Shown here one piece after another: positions 55,870 through 63,990 of a stretch of DNA of 64,000 nucleotides (its first letter is position 1; every line of letters begins with the position of its first letter). The position numbers and the translations under genes were made by a program. The notes under the pieces are model-generated. The model ran no database searches, was not told where the DNA came from, and saw nothing but the letters and a program-made list of their open reading frames with translations. The stretch is from a virus. Lineage: Duplodnaviria; Caudoviricetes. The DNA is taken from IMG/VR virus record IMGVR_UViG_2706795919_000001, positions 11,817 through 75,816 of that record, one strand, 5' to 3'.

Positions 55870-56707
55870 GTTGCTTGAGAATCATGGGGACGAACTTGCC
55901 CGCCTGGGCATCCCGCGTGATGCACGGAATGTAAATGCTGTACGGGGGAAAGTCGTCCATGTCCGAAGCGTTGTTGACGCAGGAGCCGTAGCCGCCGCGC
56001 GGATGGATACCGCACGCCCGGCGCACGTCCGCTTCGTGCGTGTGCATCGCATTGAAGATATGCGCCCGCAGGAATGAGGCGTGCGTTAGTGCGTACATAA
56101 ACGTTGACACGTCGAACGCCTGCCCGGCGCTCTTGAGCTTGATAGCGGTCCGCGCGTAATACTTAACGTCGCCGTAGCCGCTAACGTTCATGTCCACCCA
56201 GATTTCAGCCTGCATACCCTGAGTTTCGATTGCCTCAACAAGAGCCATCATTGCTAAGCCGTTTTCCTTAATGGCGCTAGCGCTGATCATGCAGTTGTAG
56301 GTGATGTTCATGATGAGGGCAACGATCTTGTTCTGACCGGGTTCCTCAATCATTTCGCTAGCCACCATGCACTCCGGCTCGCCGCTCACGTACCGGCCCA
56401 TGTCCACGTAGCCACCGGCCACGTCGTACATGTCCTGGTACACGTCGCGGTGAAGCTCACCGGCCACCTGGGCTACCTTGCTGTGTGCAATCTTGATAGC
56501 GGACACACCTTCGCGGGGGAGTCCCTTACGCGCCAGGTCGTCGGCCTGCTTCATGTTCTCCACGCCGTAGAAGCTCGGCCCGTTCTCCTGCATGTGTGCG
56601 GAGCGGTGATCCTTCTTGAGGTTGTGGTCAACGAGGTCAGTGAAGCTGTCGAACAGCACCACGGAGCGCTTCGTGCCGTCCTCTTCGGTCGTCCGGTAAG
56701 TACGCAT
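55847..56707 (-). CDS. vWA-like MoxR partner protein (paralogue 1)
   Basis: GGYVDMGRYVSGEPECM, FMYALTH.SFLR, GYG. Confidence 0.75.
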   Translation of the reverse strand: MRTYRTTEEDGTKRSVVLFDSFTDLVDHNLKKDHRSAHMQENGPSFYGVENMKQADDLARKGLPREGVSAIKIAHSKVAQVAGELHRDVYQDMYDVAGGYVDMGRYVSGEPECMVASEMIEEPGQNKIVALIMNITYNCMISASAIKENGLAMMALVEAIETQGMQAEIWVDMNVSGYGDVKYYARTAIKLKSAGQAFDVSTFMYALTHASFLRAHIFNAMHTHEADVRRACGIHPRGGYGSCVNNASDMDDFPPYSIYIPCITRDAQAGKFVPMILKQLGLMQAS

Positions 56708-56777
56708 GATTAAGCCACCTTTGCTTTCCGCAGGAATGATTTGAGAGAGAGTTTGTGGGAGCCAGACCGGGGACCCG

Positions 56778-57158
56778 TTAAAGGTCCCCGGCCCGCTCTA
56801 CCATTTCGACCACCTTGACGGGCACGGAGAGGGTGTCTCCGTTGCCGTCTGCGCCGCCAGTCACCACAACCACACCGCGCAGGTGATCGACGCCCCTCGC
56901 GTCAGCGTTGAGGCTCCACCACAGAGCCGTCGCCTTGACGTTGACGGGCTGATTCCGAAGTTTACCCTCTTCGTTGCAGAAAAAGGTCACGTCAGCCATG
57001 TACTGTTCCGGGTCGCGTGTCCAGCCGTAGACGCCTTCGATGTAGCCACCCACGTAGCCCTGTAGTGCGCGGAGTTCTCCGTCGCGGGCAATGTCCGTGA
57101 GTTCCATCGTGTCGTCGGGGCTGATGACCAGTGCTCGGAGGTCTGTCTGCTTGCTCAT
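56778..57158 (-). CDS. DUF3846-like protein, leaderless
   Basis: LQGYVGGYIE, CNEEGKL..P.N..AT. Confidence 0.82.
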   Translation of the reverse strand: MSKQTDLRALVISPDDTMELTDIARDGELRALQGYVGGYIEGVYGWTRDPEQYMADVTFFCNEEGKLRNQPVNVKATALWWSLNADARGVDHLRGVVVVTGGADGNGDTLSVPVKVVEMVERAGDL

Positions 57159-57165
57159 GCCGACT

Positions 57166-57195
57166 ACGTTACACGGCGTGACCGATACGTGTCAA
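57166..57195 (-). promoter_or_regulatory. SigA-type promoter with dyad
   Basis: TTGACA-N18-TAACGT, 7 nt before ATG. Confidence 0.82.
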
Positions 57196-57198
57196 CCC

Positions 57199-57435
57199 TC
57201 AGTCAAAAAAATCTTCTGACACCGAAAAGCGCGGGGTCTTGCCGACTAACACGTTCTGCAATGTTCCACGCGGGAAGCCGGTTGCATTACCAAGCTCGTT
57301 ATAAGAGTAGCCATTGTCCTTAGCGTCTCTTACGCATTGGTAAAGCGCGAGTATGTCGCGCGTGATTTGTTCCGCGCGCTCGCGTATGTCCGACAATGTG
57401 GCGTCAGTAGTCACGCTCGGAGAGTACACGTTCAC
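57199..57435 (-). CDS. Small HTH protein
   Basis: GYSYNELGNATGFPRGTLQNVL. Confidence 0.75.
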   Translation of the reverse strand: MNVYSPSVTTDATLSDIRERAEQITRDILALYQCVRDAKDNGYSYNELGNATGFPRGTLQNVLVGKTPRFSVSEDFFD

Positions 57436-57598
57436 CGTCGCTTACCTGCCTTAGTCGTGTGTCGATGTGATCTATTCGCTTCTGCCGGGCAGTGATTTCT
57501 TGCACTAGCCGGATGCGCTCGTTAGTAAGTTTCTGCCGCTCCTGGGCCAACATGAGCGCGGCGGCGCTGTCGGGAATGTTGTTAAGGACGTTAGCCAT
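57404..57598 (-). CDS. Small coiled-coil protein
   Basis: AGGGAG RBS before ATG 57598. Confidence 0.55.
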   Translation of the reverse strand: MANVLNNIPDSAAALMLAQERQKLTNERIRLVQEITARQKRIDHIDTRLRQVSDGERVLSERDY

Positions 57599-57684
57599 TC
57601 GTAAGAACTCCCTAGTAAGTGACTTAGCGGGCCACCCTGGCTTGGGCGACCCGCTCGGCCCTCCCACGTACAGGGTAGGGCACA

Positions 57685-57969
57685 TCACGCCTGCTCAGGC
57701 GTTTCCTCCCACGACTCCGCGATAGCCTGGGCCAGGTGCCGGAAGTACGGCAACGGGTCCTGGTTGAGAAAATCCAGCCTGACCAGCGTGTTCTTAATGA
57801 TCAACTGCTCCGCAGCAGACACGGACTTGGCCGCGAGCACGACCACAGGCATGGGCACCATGTGGGTAGACCAGAACTTGCCGGGCGTGTCGCAGGAGAA
57901 CAGGTGGTCCTCCGGATCAATGCCCTTCTCGTCTAGGTAGGTGTCCAGCCAGTTTGCGAACGCGGCCAT
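57685..57969 (-). CDS. Hypothetical protein
   Basis: FANWLDTYLDEKGID..IKNTLVRLDF.N..YFRHLA. Confidence 0.65.
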   Translation of the reverse strand: MAAFANWLDTYLDEKGIDPEDHLFSCDTPGKFWSTHMVPMPVVVLAAKSVSAAEQLIIKNTLVRLDFLNQDPLPYFRHLAQAIAESWEETPEQA

Positions 57970-58122
57970 GATCACGCTCCCTTCGGGTAGGCGATACCGA
58001 ACAGGGGCGCGTGCTTGGGGTTCCCGCACTGGCAGGTACCCACGGTGGGTAGTCCTCCGGTGACGAGTGCAAGCACAGCGGTCACAAAGATTTCATGCGC
58101 CTGGCGCTGCCAGTCCAACATG

Positions 58123-58308
58123 TCATGCTCCCTTCATTGCGGCATTGGCGAGTGACTTGAGGCCGACCTTGGATTTCGTGGGTGCAAGGCGCACCTTGGG
58201 CTGCGGGTGCGGCTCAGACGGGAATGAGTAGCTGATAGAGCCGTCCTCGGCCTGGTGCATCAATGTCAATCCCGTTGGTGAAACCCAGATGATCTTTCCT
58301 GCTGTCAT
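58123..58308 (-). CDS. Hypothetical protein, leaderless
   Basis: ATG 6 nt after the -10 element. Confidence 0.6.
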   Translation of the reverse strand: MTAGKIIWVSPTGLTLMHQAEDGSISYSFPSEPHPQPKVRLAPTKSKVGLKSLANAAMKGA

Positions 58309-58314
58309 GGCAAT

Positions 58315-58343
58315 AACGTACATGCCGTGACCGGCAGTGTCAA
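58315..58343 (-). promoter_or_regulatory. SigA-type promoter with dyad
   Basis: TTGACA-N17-TACGTT. Confidence 0.8.
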
Positions 58344-58597
58344 CACACACTTTTCATGCGGTGACTGCTGCTCGGAATCCAAACGCTCTAAACCGCAATA
58401 GCGCAATCCTTGGGGGCGCGCGGGCGGTCGGGCGTCGTGCCTGGTCAGGGGCTTAGGCGCGGGCGGGAACCGAGCAGCACCCACGGCAGGCGGGCCGGAT
58501 CGGGCTAAGGGATAGTCTGACCTCGCGTTAGGCGCTAAGGGGCGGCTGGCCTGGGCCGGAACCGAGCAGCACACACCAAACGGGACGGAGTTAGCTA

Positions 58598-59056
58598 ATG
58601 GGCAGAGGTCGCGGCGGCGGGGGACGCGGCGGGGGAGCATCCCCTAATCCCCTAACGGACCCTAATTTGACCGCTGATCTGGTTAACGATAGGGCAGCGG
58701 TAGACAACCAAGCGGACACGCCTAACGCTGCCGAAGCGGCAGAGAACTTAGGTTTGCAGGACGACGCTAAGGACGACTTTGTAAACGGCGCTAACGCTAC
58801 CGACAAAGCAATAGACGGTAAGGGACCTGAGCAAGCCTTAGGTGACTTCGCTAAGTCCGTTAAAGCGTATGAGCGCAAATATGGCAGGAGCGCCGCGCGT
58901 GCTTATGGCGCTGGCGGATATTGGTCCCTATTGCGCGCTATTCGTACGGCTATGGCAGTAGGCGCAACTGTTACTAGCGCTCCGGCAGCGCCAGCGCTGG
59001 CAGCGGCTAACACAGCGCTTATCGCTAGTTACTGGGCAGCGCGGCTAGGCAAGTAA
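58598..59056 (+). CDS. Hypothetical protein with MGRGRGGGGRGGG N-terminus
   Basis: GGAG RBS, 152 aa, only rightward gene in the leftward arm. Confidence 0.65.
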   Translation: MGRGRGGGGRGGGASPNPLTDPNLTADLVNDRAAVDNQADTPNAAEAAENLGLQDDAKDDFVNGANATDKAIDGKGPEQALGDFAKSVKAYERKYGRSAARAYGAGGYWSLLRAIRTAMAVGATVTSAPAAPALAAANTALIASYWAARLGK

Positions 59057-59514
59057 GCGCCCAGGAGCGCGGAGCGGATACGAGCAGCATGGTAGTGCCA
59101 ACCGGTTACGCGGAGCGGAGCGCTAAGCACGCTTAGGAGCCTTAGCGCCCAGGAGCGGCCCAGGAGCGACGGAGCTGCTTGGTTTGTCACCTGGCAGCAC
59201 GCCTAGCGCGGCCCAGGAGCACAGCGCCCAGGAGCCACGCGCGTAAGCACGCGTTAGGAGCGCCCAGGAGCGCCGTAGGGACACGCAAGCGGACACCGCA
59301 CACAACGGAGCGCCCAGGAGCGCCAGCGCGGCCCAGCGGCCCAGGAGCGCCCAGCGGCTAGCCGGTACCGGCAGCACGCGGAGCGGAGCGGCCCAGAAAC
59401 GGCGCTGTGCTTAACGCTGAGCGACTAACGGCGCTTAGCCGCATAGACGGTACCTAAGCGCCCAGGAGCGCACACAGGAGCGCGGCCCAGGAGCACGCCC
59501 AGGAGCGCACACGC
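59057..59514. repeat. CCCAGGAGC repeat spacer 1
   Basis: About 11 same-strand copies by manual count plus a 33-nt module at 59171-59203. Confidence 0.9.
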
Positions 59515-59550
59515 AAAAGGACCCGGCTAGCGCGGTGCTAACCGGGTCCT
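59515..59550 (-). terminator. Cassette terminator
   Basis: AGGACCCGG/CCGGGTCCT with TTTT on the minus strand. Confidence 0.8.
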
Positions 59551-59569
59551 ATGCGCCGTAGCGCGGTGC

Positions 59570-60397
59570 TCATTCGCTGAGCAGACCTAGCCGCTTGAGA
59601 ACCTTACGCGTACACGCTTCGGGGTCCCGGTTGTCAGTCAGCGAGTCAATGTAAATCGCACCTTCGGGAAATTCTTCCATGTGAGTCGCGCCAGTAATGG
59701 CAGCGCCGTAAGAGCTAGGGCAACCAATTGCCTTAACCCAGCGCGCGGGCAAGTGATGCATGGTGTGAAACATCACGGAGCGAAGGTAAGAATCGTGGGT
59801 TAGCGCGTACATAAACGCGGACACGTCAAACAAACCACCGGCAGTCTTAAGCCTTACAGCGGTGCGGCAAGTGACACCGCTAGCGCGCGTTTGGTCGTCA
59901 GTCCAGACTTCTACCTGAGCGCCGGTTGTAACGATTGCTTGGATAAGCGCCACAATCGCGCGTCCGCGCCGTTCAATGGACTCGCTAGTGATGTAAGCGT
60001 TATGCGACACGCTGACCACAAGCGTAATGATTGGCCGAACCTGCTCCGTTTCTGCCAATTCGTAAGCCACCATGCACTCAGGTTCTCCGGACACGTAGCG
60101 GCCCATATCGACGTAAGCGCCAGCGGTGTCCATGTAGTTATCAAAGCTGACAGTCTTAAGCGGCATATCGTGCTGTGTGGCGCTTGCGAAGTTGATTGCA
60201 GCGAGTCCAGCGCTGGGCAGTCCCTTACGCGCAATTTCGTAGGCGTGCTGCATATCGCGCGCGCCGTAGAAGCTGTGATTGCCGTATTCCTGCATTTCTT
60301 TTGACCGGTAGTCCTTACCGGCAGCATTGAAGTCGATTAGCTCAGTCAGCGAGTCAAAGAACAGACTCGCATGGTTGCCGTTCTGGTTGGCGCGCAT
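59570..60397 (-). CDS. vWA-like MoxR partner protein (paralogue 2)
   Basis: AGAYVDMGRYVSGEPECM, FDVSAFMYALTH.SYLR. Confidence 0.78.
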   Translation of the reverse strand: MRANQNGNHASLFFDSLTELIDFNAAGKDYRSKEMQEYGNHSFYGARDMQHAYEIARKGLPSAGLAAINFASATQHDMPLKTVSFDNYMDTAGAYVDMGRYVSGEPECMVAYELAETEQVRPIITLVVSVSHNAYITSESIERRGRAIVALIQAIVTTGAQVEVWTDDQTRASGVTCRTAVRLKTAGGLFDVSAFMYALTHDSYLRSVMFHTMHHLPARWVKAIGCPSSYGAAITGATHMEEFPEGAIYIDSLTDNRDPEACTRKVLKRLGLLSE

Positions 60398-60433
60398 GGT
60401 GTCCTCCGTGGTGTGTGGTGCGGTGTGCGTGTC

Positions 60434-60462
60434 ACGTTACACGCCGTGACCGGAGCACGCAA
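60434..60462 (-). promoter_or_regulatory. Cassette promoter with dyad
   Basis: TTGCGT-N17-TAACGT. Confidence 0.75.
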
Positions 60463-60469
60463 GCGGAAT

Positions 60470-60706
60470 CGCTAAGCGCGCTTAGGGACCCTTAGCGCCA
60501 GCGCCCAGGAGCGCGACGGAGCTGCTTGGTTTCACGCCTGGCAGCACGCCCAGGAGCGGAGCGCCCAGGAGCGCGGCAGCGCCAGCGCCCAGGAGCGCCC
60601 AGGAGCGCCGTAGCGCGCTTAGGCACACACACGCCCAGGAGCACACGCGCTAGCGCCGTAGGAGCGCACACAGCGCCCAGGAGCGCGGCCCAGGAGCCAC
60701 ACAGCA
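60470..60706. repeat. CCCAGGAGC repeat spacer 2
   Basis: About 8 copies plus the 33-nt module at 60518-60550. Confidence 0.9.
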
Positions 60707-60741
60707 AGGGACCCGGCTACCTGAGCGGCAACCGGGTCCCT
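60707..60741 (-). terminator. Cassette terminator
   Basis: AGGGACCCGG/CCGGGTCCCT. Confidence 0.75.
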
Positions 60742-60756
60742 GTGCGGTGCTGAGCG

Positions 60757-61965
60757 CTACGCGCTGACCTTGCCCCAAGCGGCAGCGTCCATGCCCTTAC
60801 GGAGCGTCCATGCAACGGCGTCGTCCCAATCGACGTTTTGCGCCAGGAGCGCGGCCATGTTCTGCGAAGCGCGCGGGGACACGACAACTCCGGCGATTGC
60901 TTCGCGCTTGACATTGGCGCGGACACGCTGCACGTAAGCGACGGCGCGCTTAGTCACGTCAACCGGAGCACCTTCGGCAAGCGCCGCTTGCAATTCGATG
61001 TTCTCGTCAATGTCCCACCAAATCGCCACAAAGCGATCTTTGAATTCCGCGCTGAACTTCTGCGCTGCCGGGAATTCCCAAGTAGGACCGTCGCCCCAAG
61101 TGTTAGTAGCGGCAACCATAACGTGCTTATCGGTCAGCTTGACGGTTTCACGGTTCGGGAACGTAATCCACCGGTTGCTCAGGAGTGAGTTAAGCGCCGC
61201 TTGAATACCCGCGTGGCTACGGTCCAATTCGTCGTTAAGCAGGACACCGCCATTAGGGTTAGTCGCCCAATCGTAAACAACGGTCCAAACGAATTCGCCG
61301 GTAGCGGACATGTAACCCTTAAGCTCCGAAGCGGTGCTTTGCAGGTGGTAGCCAATGCTGTAGAAGTCGATACCCAGCGCTTCGGCAACCTGGGCGCAAA
61401 CGTGAGTCTTACCGGTTCCCGGAGGACCCACAAGCTGCACGTTACGACGCGCGGCGATTGCCTTAAGCAGCTTGTCGAAGTCCTTATGAGTCACGCCGTC
61501 AATTTCGCGCGTCTCGTTATCGGCAACCACAATCGTCCGCTCAGGCATAACCACACCTTCGATAACTTCGCGGGCAATGTCCTTAACCTGCTCAGCGTCG
61601 ATTTGCGGAGTACCCAGAACCTTCAAAAGCAGGTCCCGGAGCGCGGCCATTTCGTCAGCGCTGCCAGCGCCGTTGCCCTGTGCAGGAGCGGGGACAATCT
61701 CGGAATCGCTGCCGTTGTCCTGTGCAGGGGCAGGAGCGGGGACCTCCGTGCCGTTGTGCGTACCGGTCTGCTCCGTGCAGACGTGCAGGTAGCTCAGCGG
61801 CAGCGACTCGCCCTGTGCGACGTTCAGCGTTGCCTTATTGGCGATAACGCGGTGCTCCGCGCCGTTCTGGTCTGTAGCCGCGTAGAACGGCCCAGCGTTG
61901 CCGCACTTCGGGCAAGCGGAGCGCATAGCGCGGATGCTGACCTTGGTAAGGGTTTCGATGCTCAT
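60757..61965 (-). CDS. MoxR/CobS-like AAA+ ATPase with N-terminal Zn ribbon
   Basis: GPPGTGKT, LNDELD, AATNTWG, FKDRF, VSPRA; CPKC; GGAGG RBS. Confidence 0.9.
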   Translation of the reverse strand: MSIETLTKVSIRAMRSACPKCGNAGPFYAATDQNGAEHRVIANKATLNVAQGESLPLSYLHVCTEQTGTHNGTEVPAPAPAQDNGSDSEIVPAPAQGNGAGSADEMAALRDLLLKVLGTPQIDAEQVKDIAREVIEGVVMPERTIVVADNETREIDGVTHKDFDKLLKAIAARRNVQLVGPPGTGKTHVCAQVAEALGIDFYSIGYHLQSTASELKGYMSATGEFVWTVVYDWATNPNGGVLLNDELDRSHAGIQAALNSLLSNRWITFPNRETVKLTDKHVMVAATNTWGDGPTWEFPAAQKFSAEFKDRFVAIWWDIDENIELQAALAEGAPVDVTKRAVAYVQRVRANVKREAIAGVVVSPRASQNMAALLAQNVDWDDAVAWTLRKGMDAAAWGKVSA

Positions 61966-62018
61966 TTGGGACCTCCGTGGTTGGCGCTGGTTAGGCGCTG
62001 CGGTGACTGACAGGAGCG

Positions 62019-62074
62019 ACGTTACACGCCGTGACCGGTAAGCACAAGTCCTAAGTTTCACGCCGTGACCGGTA
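62019..62074 (-). promoter_or_regulatory. Cassette promoter plus a second dyad copy
   Basis: TTGTGC-N17-TAACGT; CACGCCGTGACCGGTA occurs twice. Confidence 0.75.
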
Positions 62075-62079
62075 GCACG

Positions 62080-62373
62080 CTGACCAGCGCGTTAAGGGTC
62101 CTTAGCGGTGTGTCGCTTAGCGCCGTAGCGGTGTGCCAGGAGCACGCGCGGCCCAGGAGCGGCCCAGCGCTGCCGGAGCTGCTTGGTTACTGACCTGGCA
62201 GCACGCCTAAGCACGCTTAGCGCCCAGCGCCCAGGAGCGCGACACCGCGCGCGGCCCAGGAACACAGGAGCGCCCAGGAGCGCCCAGGAGCCTTAGCGCA
62301 CACGCTGACAAGCGCCAGCGCGCTAACGGCGCTTAGAACGGCGCTCAGCGCCCAGGAACACACGCACAAAGCA
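62080..62373. repeat. CCCAGGAGC repeat spacer 3
   Basis: About 6 copies plus the 33-nt module at 62175-62207. Confidence 0.88.
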
Positions 62374-62407
62374 AGGGACCCGGCTAGCCGTAGCCAACCG
62401 GGTCCCT
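62374..62407 (-). terminator. Cassette terminator
   Basis: AGGGACCCGG/CCGGGTCCCT. Confidence 0.75.
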
Positions 62408-62420
62408 GTGTGCAGCGGTG

Positions 62421-62624
62421 CTAGTCGCTGTAGCGCTGGCAATCGTCCGCGTACACATTGCCGCTTGAGTCCTGCCACACAACACAGCGGATTACCTCCG
62501 CGTGTGCCGTAGGACCGTGCAGCGCCAGCGCGGCAAGGGCAGCGCCCAGGAGCACGCACAGCGCCAGGAGCGCCAGCGCGCGCCGTGACACAAAGCGCTC
62601 AGTACGTACGTTGATTGCGTCCAT
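62421..62624 (-). CDS. Small secreted or membrane protein
   Basis: Signal peptide ending AHA; CACGGAGG RBS. Confidence 0.65.
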   Translation of the reverse strand: MDAINVRTERFVSRRALALLALCVLLGAALAALALHGPTAHAEVIRCVVWQDSSGNVYADDCQRYSD

Positions 62625-62650
62625 GTTCGTTACCTCCGTGGTGTGTGTGG

Positions 62651-62878
62651 TCAGTATCCGGCGATATGTGCAATCAACTCAGCGCGCGCGCCAATGTCAC
62701 TAGGCACGGCGCTACCACCGGCAACCATTAGCGCCGATTCCTGCCACGCGTACATATCGGCAATCTCGTCAGCGCTGTAATCCGTGTCCGCGCGGTGCTC
62801 CGCGTAATCGTCCATGTATGCGCTGTGCATGTCTGCAATGTCCTGAGCTACCTGCTCCGCGCTATCCATGTAGAACAT
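62651..62878 (-). CDS. Small acidic protein
   Basis: CACGGAGG RBS; internal repeat ADEIADMY / AQDIADMH. Confidence 0.65.
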   Translation of the reverse strand: MFYMDSAEQVAQDIADMHSAYMDDYAEHRADTDYSADEIADMYAWQESALMVAGGSAVPSDIGARAELIAHIAGY

Positions 62879-62920
62879 TCTGCTTACCTCCGTGGTGTGG
62901 TGTGTGTGGTGACAGGAGCG

Positions 62921-62949
62921 AAGTTACACGCCGTGACCGATACACGCAA
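62921..62949 (-). promoter_or_regulatory. Cassette promoter with dyad
   Basis: TTGCGT-N17-TAACTT. Confidence 0.75.
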
Positions 62950-63700
62950 CACACACGCGCGAAGCGCCCAGGAGCACGCACACAGGAGCGTTAAGCGCTA
63001 AGCACGCTAAGCGCCGTTAAGGGCAGCGCCCAGGAGCACAACCAAGCAGCTCCGGCAGCGCGGCCCAGTAGCGCGGCATAAGCACAGCGCGCGCGATTGC
63101 CTAAGCACGCCTAAGCCATGCGACACCGCACACGCACAGCGGCCCAGCGCCCAGGAGCACACGCACAGGGACACCGCATACACATAGCGCCGTATATGCG
63201 CCCAGGAGCGACACACACCGCACAGGGACACGTACACCACACACACGCACACACCACACACAGCGGCCCAGGAGCACGCACACACACAGCACGCATACAC
63301 ACCACACAGGGCAGCGCTACACACACCACACACGCACACGCTCAGCACAGCGCACAGGGACACACCACACACACGCCCAGGAGCGCACAGGAGCCACGCA
63401 CAGCGCTAAGCCATACACACGCATAGGTAAGCGCTCAGCGGAGCACACAAGCGCACACAGCACGCCTAGCGATAGGCACACGCACAGCGCGCGGGAATGT
63501 CGCAATAGCGAATATGCGAATAGCGCCCATATGCGCCCAGGAGCCAATAACCCACATATGCGGGTAAGCGCTAAGGGACACGCTAAGCACACGCACACAG
63601 GGCAGCACAGCGCCCAGGAGCGCACATAGCTAGGGCAGCGACTAAGCACACCTAAGCCTTAGGCACAGGGACACGCATAGCGACACCTAAGGGAACGGAC
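62950..63700. repeat. CA-rich low-complexity region with CCCAGGAGC repeats
   Basis: CACAC/GCACA runs with very few T on the plus strand; about 8 repeat copies. Confidence 0.88.
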
Positions 63701-63728
63701 ACGCCGTTAGGACGACACGCCGTTAGGG

Positions 63729-63757
63729 TTGACAATGGGTTACACGCCCTGTACCAT
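63729..63757 (+). promoter_or_regulatory. Rightward promoter facing the genome end
   Basis: TTGACA-N17-TACCAT with GTTACACGCCCTGTAC. Confidence 0.72.
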
Positions 63758-63990
63758 GCCCCCGCTTAGCGTCCAGCTAACACGCTTAGGGGTTTGCTAG
63801 CCAAAGCCTATCGCATTGTTACGAATGGCAATGCCAAAAGGCCGGCTGACCTGCGGTGATGCTAAGCCTTAACGCCGTTAACCGTGTGACTAAGCACGTC
63901 GCTTAGAGTTAGCTAAGCTCTAGCAAAACGGCTCTGACCTGCACGTTTACCCCCCTGGGGGGTGCGCTGGGGGGTTAGCCGCGCCCCTCC

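Noticed and set aside
59057-63620. CRISPR array from the CCCAGGAGC repeats
   Set aside because: Repeat is only 9-13 nt, with irregular low-complexity spacing
63007-63649. Cys/Val-rich and His/Thr-rich ORFs in the ORF track
   Set aside because: Translation artefacts of the CA/TG low-complexity tract; no RBS
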